This document shows positions 1 through 8,358 of a stretch of 15,789 nt of DNA, piece by piece. The stretch's first letter is position 1. Each line of letters opens with the position of its first letter. Source of the stretch: Tubiluchus corallicola. Taxonomy: Eukaryota; Animalia; Priapulida. The notes under the pieces are model-generated. The model saw only the letters and a list, made by a program, of their open reading frames with translations. It was not told where the DNA came from and ran no database searches. The translations under genes were made by a program, and so were the position numbers. The stretch lies in contig JAQGDQ010002076.1 in NCBI GenBank assembly GCA_030141605.1, positions 1 to 15,789 of the forward strand. Reading direction: 5' to 3'.

Positions 1-372
1 AGCCAATTTCTTTGCACATAATTCTCCATTTCATGCATCTTCTACAATGGGTTATAATTTCTATTTCTAACGAGTACAAAACTTTTTACACAAATGAAAA
101 TTTTCTTTCTAAAGTTTTTTCTTGTACATTAGATGTAAGAAGTAATTCTAGCAATGAACAAATCTGGACTGTAAATTTCATTAAAGAAGTTATATGGGCT
201 CTAGAACGTAATTGTTTTGATTTTTTGACAGGAATGAGTTGTACGCCATACTAACATATCTTACTCTCACTTAATTGTATATATTACTTTGCTTACTAAT
301 CTTGTTAATTAATGTTATTTTGCTTGTTGATCTGTTTGTTTATTTGATGTGATTGTACCACGAGTACGAATA

Positions 373-377
<5 letters not shown>

Positions 378-420
<43 letters not shown>

Positions 421-422
421 AT
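378..422. repeat. (TA)n microsatellite grading into (TATG)n
   Basis: Seen directly; preceded by AATAAA at 369-374. Confidence 0.95.
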
Positions 423-555
423 TGGAAAATATAACTATATGTCAAAATTGGAAATAATGTATTTTTTCACGAAACAAAATTTCTTCGGAACAATGTTTCT
501 TTTTTTATTTCATTCTTTCTACGTGTAAATTAACTGATACGGTCATTGATTACAG

Positions 556-729
556 TTAACGAAACAATTTGAGGCCGTCCGCTCCGAAAAAGATGGGATG
601 GTGATGAAGTACGCGTGCAGCGAGAAGACGCTGATGGAGAATAAGAAGGCCCGGGAAGCTGCGGAGAAGAAAGTAGGAGAGTATGCCAGAGAGCGTGATT
701 TCTTGATGAACCGATTGCAACAACTAAAG
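556..729 (+). CDS. CCDC186: CCDC186-like coiled-coil protein, internal exon A (LTKQFEAVRSEKDGMVMKYACSEK...FLMNRLQQLK), phase 0/0
   Basis: Acceptor ttacag|TTA at 555/556 and donor AAG|gtatta at 729/730; 174 nt open. EKDGMVMKY resembles the vertebrate CCDC186 motif EKESMVMKY (recalled, not searched). Confidence 0.88.
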
Positions 730-1252
730 GTATTATTAATGCCGTGGCTTAGTCGTCTTTTATTCTCAGTCGTGTTTGTCTGTCTGTCTGTTCTTTTGCA
801 ACAACTAAAGGTATTATTAATTCTGCGGCTTAGTCGACTTTTGTTTTCAGTCGTGTTTCTCTGTCTGTCTGTTCTTTTGCAACAACTTAATGTATTATTA
901 ATTCTGCGGCTTGGTCATCTTTTGTTTTCAGTCGTGTTTCTCTGTCTGTCTGTTCTTTTGCAACAACTTAATGTATTATTAATTCTGCGGCTTGGTCATC
1001 TTTTGTTCTCAGTTGTGTTTGTCTGTCTGTCTGTTCTTTTGCAACAACTAAAGGTATTACTAATTCCGCTGCTTAGTTGACCTTTATTCTCAATCGTGTT
1101 TGTCTGTCTGTCTGTCTGTTCTTTTGCAACAACTAAAGGTATTATTAATTCCGCGGCTTTATCGTCTTTTATTCTCAGTCGTGTTTGTCTGTCTGTCTGT
1201 TCTTTTGCAACAACTAAAGGTATTATTAGTTCCGCGGCTTAGTCGACTTTTA
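715..1252 (+). repeat. 81-bp tandem repeat, ~6.6 copies, spanning the exon A/intron boundary
   Basis: Units start TTGCAACAACT at 715, 796, 877, 958, 1039, 1124 and 1205; the fifth unit has an extra TGTC (85 bp). Confidence 0.96.
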
Positions 1253-1480
1253 GATGGAGCCACCTTGGCTAGTCAGGTTCACGCTGGCATTAATAGATAT
1301 TGTAATAGGAACAGGGACGTAGCTTTTTATCAAGGGCAATACTTCAAGATGAAATGCTAAATTAGCAAAATACAAATAGCAAATTTAAGACAAGTTCTAA
1401 ATTGATTGTATTTCTAAATGACAACAAAACAAAATACTTGTACTTCTGTTGTAACGCATCATGTATTTGTGTAAAAAAGT

Positions 1481-1878
1481 TGAATGAAGCCTCATTCTGT
1501 GGATAAAGCCACATTCTGAGGGTGGTTGAAGCCACATTCTGTGGATGAAGCCACATTCTGACGGTGGATGAAGCTACATTATGTGGATGAAGCCACATTC
1601 TGGGGGTGGATGAAGCCGCATTCTGAAGGTGGATGAAGCCACATTCTGAAGGTGGATGAAGCCACATTCTGAAGGTGGATGAAGCCACATTTTGAGGGTG
1701 GATGAAGCCACATTTTGAGGGTGGATGAAGCCACATTATGTGGGTGAAGCCACATTCTGAGGGTTGATGAAGCCACATTATGTGGGTGAAGCCACATTCT
1801 GAAGGTGGATGAAGCCACATTCTGAGGGTGGATGAAGCCACATTCGGAGGGTGGAAGAAGCCACATTCCGTGGGTGAA
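1481..1878 (+). repeat. 23/19-bp minisatellite (GAAGCCACATTCTGAGGGTGGAT / GAAGCCACATTATGTGGAT), block 1
   Basis: GAAGCCACATT recurs at 19- or 23-bp spacing. Confidence 0.96.
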
Positions 1879-1947
1879 TAATTAAGTTTTGAACCATTGT
1901 GTTTAACTTCTAGCGGGTAGTCACATATTTTACTGCCTTTGTAATAG

Positions 1948-2037
1948 GGAGAGAAAGCCAGCATGGGCAAGGCCATTGAAACCCGCTCCGGAGAAGTACA
2001 GTCGCTGCAGAAAGAGATAACCAAATTAAAAGAATAA
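1948..2037 (+). pseudogene. Truncated duplicate of exon B: acceptor, 29 codons, then in-frame TAA, with no donor
   Basis: 1948-2034 equals 2421-2507 except one synonymous change (AGC vs AGT); followed by TAA at 2035-2037 and then minisatellite. Confidence 0.9.
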
Positions 2038-2351
2038 TGGATAAAGCCACATTCTGAGGGTGGTTGAAGCCACATTCTGTGGATGAAGCCACATTCTGAC
2101 AGTGGATGAAGCTACATTATGTGGATGAAGCCACATTCTGGGGGTGGATGAAGCCGCATTCTGAAGGTGGATGAAGCCACATTCTGAAGGTGGATGAAGC
2201 CACATTTTGAAGGTGGATGAAGCCACATTTTGAGGGTGGATGAAGCCACATTTTGAGGGTGGATGAAGCCACATTATGTGGGTGAAGCCACATTCTGAAT
2301 GTGGATGAAGCCACATTCGGAGGGTGGAAGAAGCCACACTCCGTGGGTGAA
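2038..2351 (+). repeat. 23/19-bp minisatellite, block 2 (duplicate of block 1, about 65 bp shorter)
   Basis: Same order of variant units as block 1, starting TGGATAAAGCCACATTCTGAGGGTGGTTGAAG at both 1500 and 2038. Confidence 0.95.
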
Positions 2352-2420
2352 TAATTAAGTTTTGGACCATCGTGTTTAACTTCTAGCGGGTACTCACATA
2401 TTTTACTGCCTTTGTATTAG

Positions 2421-2579
2421 GGAGAGAAAGCCAGTATGGGCAAGGCCATTGAAACCCGCTCCGGAGAAGTACAGTCGCTGCAGAAAGAGATAACCAAATT
2501 AAAAGAAGAGGTGAACGCACAAACGATGAAAAACAAGTGGCATGCTAACAAACTACAGGCGGAGGTTGATGCACATAAG
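2421..2579 (+). CDS. CCDC186: CCDC186-like internal exon B (GEKASMGKAIETRSGEVQSLQKEITKLKEEVNAQTMKNKWHANKLQAEVDAHK), phase 0/0
   Basis: Branch-like TACTCAC at 2391-2397, acceptor tttgtattag|GGA and consensus donor AAG|gtaagt; 159 nt. Resembles recalled CCDC186 [31 protein letters not shown]. Confidence 0.93.
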
Positions 2580-3299
2580 GTAAGTCTTCTCACTGGCTTA
2601 CCTGGTGAAAACCGCACAGCATCGCCATACCAGTGTGCGGCATAAAATGTATCTGGTCTCACTGACAAGATAAAGTCATATAAACTTTGCTTAACTAAGG
2701 CTGGATACAAAAAAATTGTTTCTGCCTTACCTCATGAGCTCAAAAGATGTCAGTAGGGCGGAAGGAAATTTTTTTTTAAATCTTTGTGAATGTTTAAAGC
2801 TGAATCGCGGAATATTTAAAATCAGTTGAAATCAAAGTTTGTTTATTTCCCACTGGTTAGCAGTAATCTTAATTTTTTTCAATCCAGATTTTTTCACACT
2901 GTTTTTTACTTTTGCTTTACTAAATTATTGTATAATTATCGATTATTGTATATTCTCTTTTTTCTATCGTAACATATGTTCTGATAATTACGGTATGTGC
3001 GCCAACACTACTCGGCCGTTAATACGCCGATTTGGTGGAAAATTCCACACTTAGCCTCCAATACAATGAGCATCATACAAAGTGGCAACCCTGGCCAAGA
3101 GTTAGACGTAGAAAAACATGGCCTCGTCCTGCGTTCCCCAAAGAACGTCTTTATAATAATTATGGAATTTTACGTCTTAAATAAAGAAAATACGCTTTTA
3201 TATCACAGCGCCAAGTAAGTATATGAACATAGAAAAAAATTATAAAATTCCCAGCCAGGTGTATGATAAAAAAATATTACCATGACGATTAGACAGATA

Positions 3300-3564
3300 A
3301 AGAAGTATTTTTATTGTCAGGCTAGTGAAGCGAATTCTTTGAATATTTTTTAAACTTCACGCAATGTTATCTAAACTTGTATCAAATGACTTATCGTTAA
3401 AATGCCTGCACTTAACTAACAGTCTGTCGCGCGTGTTTAAACCCACAAGTGTTATACAGCTGCTAATACAAGCTCTATATGTAATAAGACAGCATGTTAG
3501 TGATGCAAAATTTCAAGACTATGTTTTTAAGTTTATTTACGAAAAGTGTTATCTTGTCCTTTAA
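3300..3564 (+). mobile_element. Diverged right half of a TTAA-ended (Kolobok/T2-type) non-autonomous DNA element
   Basis: Alignable by eye with ~4675-4979 (tgttatctaaacttgtatc/tgttatcaaaacttgtttc; ttatacagc; aaaatttcaagac). Ends tcttgtcctTTAA, as does the element ending at 7379. Left boundary not determined. Confidence 0.55.
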
Positions 3565-3962
3565 ACTCTCCCCCTAGCTGGATGGACAGAAAAAGAGAGT
3601 GGCACTTTTCCAAGGCTGAAATACTAGTACCTAATGTTTAGGGGAGCCGTTTCAAGATCTCATTTGAATATGGTTGGCCTCTGCAAAGTGAAATCCAACA
3701 TTTCATGCTGTAATTTGAATGCTGGTGGTGAGACTGGAACCTCTTTCTTTATGAAGCTATGCTTCTTAAAGGAGCCACTGAATCAGCAGCTGTGCCTCAG
3801 TCACATTCTGATGTGTATACAGCAGCGGTTCACCAGTCCATTAACTGACCACCTCGACTCTATTCTTAACTCCAGTCACACCAAGCACAATGCCATGATA
3901 ACTCAGTAGTGACTCACCTTGCGTGGTTATAGTGCACCGTATTTATCGATTGGTTGTTTCAG

Positions 3963-4067
3963 GAAACTCGTGCACAGCTGGACGATCTTACCAGAAAACT
4001 TCAAATCACCAGAGAGGAAACTGAGCAAATTCGTCGAAATTGTCAACAAATGATCAAAAACTATCAG
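3963..4067 (+). CDS. CCDC186: CCDC186-like internal exon C (ETRAQLDDLTRKLQITREETEQIRRNCQQMIKNYQ), phase 0/0
   Basis: Acceptor gtttcag|GAA and donor CAG|gtaatg; 105 nt. Resembles recalled EEADQIRKNCQDMIKTYQ. Not in the ORF track. Confidence 0.93.
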
Positions 4068-4298
4068 GTAATGATGATGAATGATACTTTTAATTACTTT
4101 CACTCTCTTTAAGGCTGCCTAACATAAGCACAGTTTATTTAATGATTTAATAATTTAAATGAACTAGTTATTAAGTTTTAAAAAGCCCATGTGATCTTAT
4201 TTATGTATTTTGTTCTGACATATTTGTCTTGTGAAGAACTCCCTTGTTATCCTTACATGACTTAAACAATTTTTGTGAAATTCATCAACTGTTATATG

Positions 4299-4979
4299 TT
4301 AAAGGATAAGAAAAGGGATACCTAAAGTAGGTTTCAGAAAAATCGCTTTAGAAATTATATTATTTTACAGCAATTTTTGCGTATATCGTACTTGCGTTAA
4401 AAGGAATTTTTGTTTGTTTTCATTTTTTAAATGTCCCGCAATACTGTTCCGACAGCGCCATTATGTGACGTCACCTACACACAACGTAAATCAGGGGAAG
4501 AAAAGGAAATGTTAAATTATGTCCCAAAAAACTTTTTATGCAAATCTGTATTACTTAGCATTTCACTTACCTGCTGGAAAGACTTGTGTAACTAGAAATA
4601 ATAATTTAAAATGTTCGCGTGAATTGGCAAAATGTCGCTGACTCACCCTCCAGGGTGCGCCACTCACTAGCCAAAAATGTATTTTTAATCTTATTGACAA
4701 GATACAGTAATTTAAAATTTTACTTACTTAGCAGCATGTATGCTACCAATACTTTGATTATTTTTTCAAATTTTACTCATTGTTATCAAAACTTGTTTCT
4801 AACGACCTACGATTAAAATGGCTGCGCCTAACGGTCTTCGCAGGAGTTTGAATTTACACATTTTATACAGCGTTACTGCCGATGCAAGCCCTGTATGCAA
4901 AAAGGTAGTACGTAAGTGGTATAAAATTTCAAGACGAATTTTTTAAGGTTTATTTTTTTAAGTGGAGAGTTTTCTTTAA
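4299..4979 (+). mobile_element. Kolobok/T2-type MITE, decayed (~0.68 kb)
   Basis: Starts TTAAaggataagaaaagg and its first ~160 bp align with 7076-7240 (tcagaaaa, gaattata, cgttaaaag, gtttgttttcatttt, gcgccat). Ends ...ttttctTTAA. Confidence 0.6.
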
Positions 4980-5050
4980 GCTACATAATTTAAAAATTTT
5001 GTGTTAACTTCATTAAAATTAACGTGCAATTTATCTCACTTTGTATTTAG

Positions 5051-5155
5051 AATCCGGATGACTCGCTGACTGGTGACCTTGAAATTAGTGGGAAGTCGAG
5101 AGAAAGAGAGCACGAGTCACCCCAACATCACGAAGAGAAAGCCGAAGAAATGGAG
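5051..5155 (+). CDS. CCDC186: CCDC186-like internal exon D (NPDDSLTGDLEISGKSREREHESPQHHEEKAEEME), phase 0/0, divergent
   Basis: Acceptor ctttgtatttag|AAT and donor GAG|gtggga; 105 nt, purine-rich and open. Fills the ~33-aa gap expected between exons C and E. Only the end (EEKAEEME|VH vs recalled [10 protein letters not shown]) aligns clearly. Confidence 0.72.
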
Positions 5156-6912
5156 GTGGGACCGTTAGGGCCGACTGAAAATGTGAGAGCAGCTCTTTTT
5201 GTGCTGCATGCTTTCGTTGGATGTCGTCGGTGTTTCTTTTTTTATTGTTTGCTTCTCCTCCTTTCTTGCTGCGTTTACAACGTAAGAGCACAAAGCAAAA
5301 CTGTCTTAGCGGTTTGGAAAATTTTCACCAGATGTCTTTCCACGAACTTTGTTCGGAATCGTTCCAAATAATTCTAGGAATTCTAATAGTTTATAAAATT
5401 TATTGTATCGGGTGTTTCAAAAGTTGCTCAGTGTAACTTGACGGAATTTTGGTCTAAAACTCTAAGGACTTCAAACAAAATATGTAAATTGTTTAAATTC
5501 TACGGAGATCGTTGCCTGATTAATTGTTATTAGGCAGTCTAGTGATTGTAAATTAACGCAAAATGGTAAATAATTACTATACAGAAACAAACACTTTTGT
5601 AGGTTTATTGAAATTAAAGCTGCAATTCACATCATAAAATTTAAAGGATGTAAATAACAGTGAAATTTGTTGTATGATAACAAAATAAAGCTTTAATACA
5701 CTGACAAAACGGTTTTCTAATCGGAATTACAATTTATGAGAAATATACAGGGTGTGCACAAAGTAAAGCCCCATTCCCAAGGTTATGAAGGGATAGTAAG
5801 AAGGCAGGTTAGTGGGAGGCGCCATAGACTGTACTTCACCAGCAGGCCTGTGTCTTTTTACTAGCAAGTCCCAAGCTTCACTTCAAGAATTTAATGATCG
5901 ACGTGTGGCAAACAGTTAATGTTCCTCTAGATATTAGAAAATGTAGTAATGATACGTCTTACCGGCAACTTGTTCTGCACAGAATAAGTCTGACTCTGCA
6001 TACATCAACACTATGGCAAATGACTGTCTGTCCCATACCAAAATATGACTTTGCACCTCAGATTGACGTATATAGGATAGTTGACTTTGACAGAGGGTCT
6101 AGTCTACCAACATCACCAGCTACAGCTACACCAAGCCAACCATTGTCGGCTCCACAATCACTTTCATGTTGTCACCAACATTTATTCACTGCTTTTTATT
6201 AACATGGCTGCTTTTAACATCCAAACGTAAACAGCTCTCTACCTGAACTAACTTTTCTAAGTCACTCCATCTGGCTTCCACTCACTATACATGTACACTG
6301 CCAAGGTGTATCTGTATGGCATATCTAAAACTACATCTCCACGCAGATGTGCAAAACAAGTGAAGTTTATACGAGGAAACATATATCTTGGTTTCAACAT
6401 ATTGAATATTCATCCATGATGATCATCCATTCAGTAATTCAATCACTAACAGGGAGTTAGTTGGTACAAAGGAAAGTAAAGGTTTTGGGCTACCCCCATT
6501 AACTAAATTAAACATGGATCTGCCTTCAGTTAGCTTAAATAAAAACTCAGGATAAGAAAGTAACAGCCATCTGGTGACAAAATAAGTCAAAAATTATAAA
6601 AGCTAAATTGATCAATGTAAATAAGCAAATGACAGCAGACATATCATATCCAAAATGTTACACTCAGCATTCTTGAACATTTATTATAATGGGAATTACA
6701 AGGAGAAAATAAGTGACCAATGGTCTGCTGAGTCTAAGATTTAGGACAGTTTTGGCTTCAAAGATGGCTTCATAACTCTACAGCAGCCATTTTTATTTAC
6801 TTCTAGATATACCACATTCTTTTCCACGGACAGCCTGTGCCACGTTGTATGAAAAAAATCTAAACTCATTGTTGATAGAGTTAAAATATAAAGTTTACGT
6901 TTATTGCTTTAG

Positions 6913-6999
6913 GTTCATCAGTTGCTACGCAAGGAACTTGACAGTCTGCGAAGACAACAAAAGGACAGTATTGAGGAATGCAATACAATGAGAGATAAA
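6913..6999 (+). CDS. CCDC186: CCDC186-like internal exon E (VHQLLRKELDSLRRQQKDSIEECNTMRDK), phase 0/0
   Basis: Acceptor ttgctttag|GTT and donor AAA|gtatgt; 87 nt. Resembles recalled [29 protein letters not shown]. Confidence 0.88.
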
Positions 7000-7075
7000 G
7001 TATGTAAAATCAAATTAGTTGAAGCGTTTTTATCTGAATTAACTGGTTCACTCACATTACTTTAGCTTTAGGTGT

Positions 7076-7379
7076 TTAAAGGATGAGAAAAGGCCTGATT
7101 TTAAAGCAAGTCTCAGAAAACTTTCACTAAAGAATTATAACGGTTAGAGGCAATTTTAAGCATTTATCATACTCACGTTAAAAGAATTTCCAGTTTGTTT
7201 TCATTTTAATTACTCTCGCGAGACTGTCACGGCGGCGCCATATTAGATGGCATTACAAGAATTGGAGTAAATGCAAAAACGTGAGTACTTTATTCGCTTA
7301 AGATTGTACTTAGGTGATATAATTTTTTATTACGAATTTTCTGAGGCTTACTTTGGTTGGGCATTTTCTTGTCCTTTAA
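7076..7379. mobile_element. Kolobok/T2-type MITE (296 bp plus TTAA target duplications) with long imperfect terminal inverted repeats
   Basis: TTAA-AGGATGAGAAAAGGCC...aaagcaagtctcagaaaa...tactcacgtt on the left. The right end reverse-complements to TTAA-AGGACAAGAAAATGCC...aaagtaagcctcagaaaa...tactcacgtt. TTAA duplication with AGG termini is typical of Kolobok/T2-MITEs. Confidence 0.8.
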
Positions 7380-7525
7380 AGTAAAACCGGACCCAGTATT
7401 AAACTGTAGGTAAAAACAATCTAATCTTTAAAATATCAAAACGAAACATAGTATTTTTTCAAAAAGCATAGAAAAAACTGTGTCATGTGTTGAGCTAAAC
7501 TTATTAGTCCAACCACTGCATAAAC

Positions 7526-7800
7526 CAGACGGTTTAGTCTAGTGGTAATGCGTCTGCTTTCCGTCTGGGAAGTCGTGACTTCAAACCAGCGACCGGGTCA
7601 TGCCAAAGACTTTAAAAATGGTGTTGCCCTGCCTGACGCGTGGTAATTTGGGTAAAAGTGGGGGAATAATAGTCTCTGTTATGTAGTTGTAGGTTGTTAT
7701 TTACAGTCGGCGATAATAGCTCTTTCAGCTGATGTTAATTGTTGACCCAAAGCCGACTTTAAATAAAGATTATTATTAATTATTATTATTAATTATTAAT
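7526..7800 (+). mobile_element. tRNA-derived SINE, probably with a Meta/MESC-like core
   Basis: A-box TAGTCTAGTGG (7535-7545), degenerate B-box GACTTCAAACC (7577-7587), core GGGTCATGCCAAAGACTTTAAAAATGGT (7595-7622), AATAAA (7762-7767) and an (ATT)n tail. Possible ATAAAC target duplication at 7520-7525 and 7799-7804. Core assignment is from memory. Confidence 0.78.
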
Positions 7801-8049
7801 AAACTCAAGTTTTAATGAATATTTAGCTTTCTCCGTGTGACAAGAACAAATTTACGTCATGAATATATTTAGTTTACTGGGCAAAACCGAATTCCCCGGC
7901 TTGACGTTGGATTTTGTTCATGTTGCTAAACCGACAAATCCTTTCTGATTCACGACCGGTTTCAATATGCGGGTAATGAAAGCAGGAAAGTTAGCGTGGC
8001 ACGATAATGTTGCACAAAGTATGCCATCATCACATGTTACGTGTTGTAG

Positions 8050-8192
8050 GTGCGCAGCATGGAGATAGAACGACAAACGCAGGAGAAGACGATCAAGCAT
8101 TATCAGGACATCTTGCAGAACCAAAAAGCTGAAATTGTTTCACTGAAAGCTGTTATAGAGCAGGGAAAACTGGTGCAGAATGCCCTGGATGA
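8050..8192 (+). CDS. CCDC186: CCDC186-like internal exon F (VRSMEIERQTQEKTIKHYQDILQNQKAEIVSLKAVIEQGKLVQNALD-E), phase 0/2
   Basis: Acceptor gttgtag|GTG and donor GA|gtgagt; 143 nt. Resembles recalled VKCLEDER...YKEIINRQKAEI. The phase-2 end matches the start of exon G. Confidence 0.9.
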
Positions 8193-8358
8193 GTGAGTTC
8201 ATGGTTTATTTATGATTAGGCTTAATCTTGTTGATTAATTGTTTAGTTATAGGCATTTTATGACTATCTATGTAATGCAGGAGGTTTTTTAGTGGTTTTT
8301 GATGCAGTTTAGCATTCTCTCATAAGTAGAACCAAATTGTTACTTTGGTAACGGCTTT

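Noticed and set aside
12-254. 80-aa ORF as a gene or reverse-transcriptase C-terminus
   Set aside because: TTG start, AT-rich, and no motif I can identify.
598-1360. ORFs 598-1080 and 1100-1360 as stand-alone membrane proteins
   Set aside because: They are exon A read through into the 81-bp repeat; only 556-729 has homology support.
1362-2370. Minus-strand repetitive ORFs (MWLHPPSECGF...)
   Set aside because: Translation of the 23/19-bp minisatellite, which is open in several frames at once.
3634-3909. 91-aa ORF upstream of exon C
   Set aside because: No recognisable homology, and exons B and C join contiguously without it.
4070-4220. C/D-box snoRNA (ATGATGA ... CTGA)
   Set aside because: The C-box overlaps the donor region within a short (ATG)n run, and no terminal stem or guide sequence is evident.
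5405-5602. Mariner-like end TATCGGGTGTTTCAAAAG
   Set aside because: No convincing inverted partner found, so element boundaries cannot be supported.
7528-7600. Functional tRNA gene
   Set aside because: Degenerate B-box, no clean anticodon stem, and it continues into a SINE body and tail.
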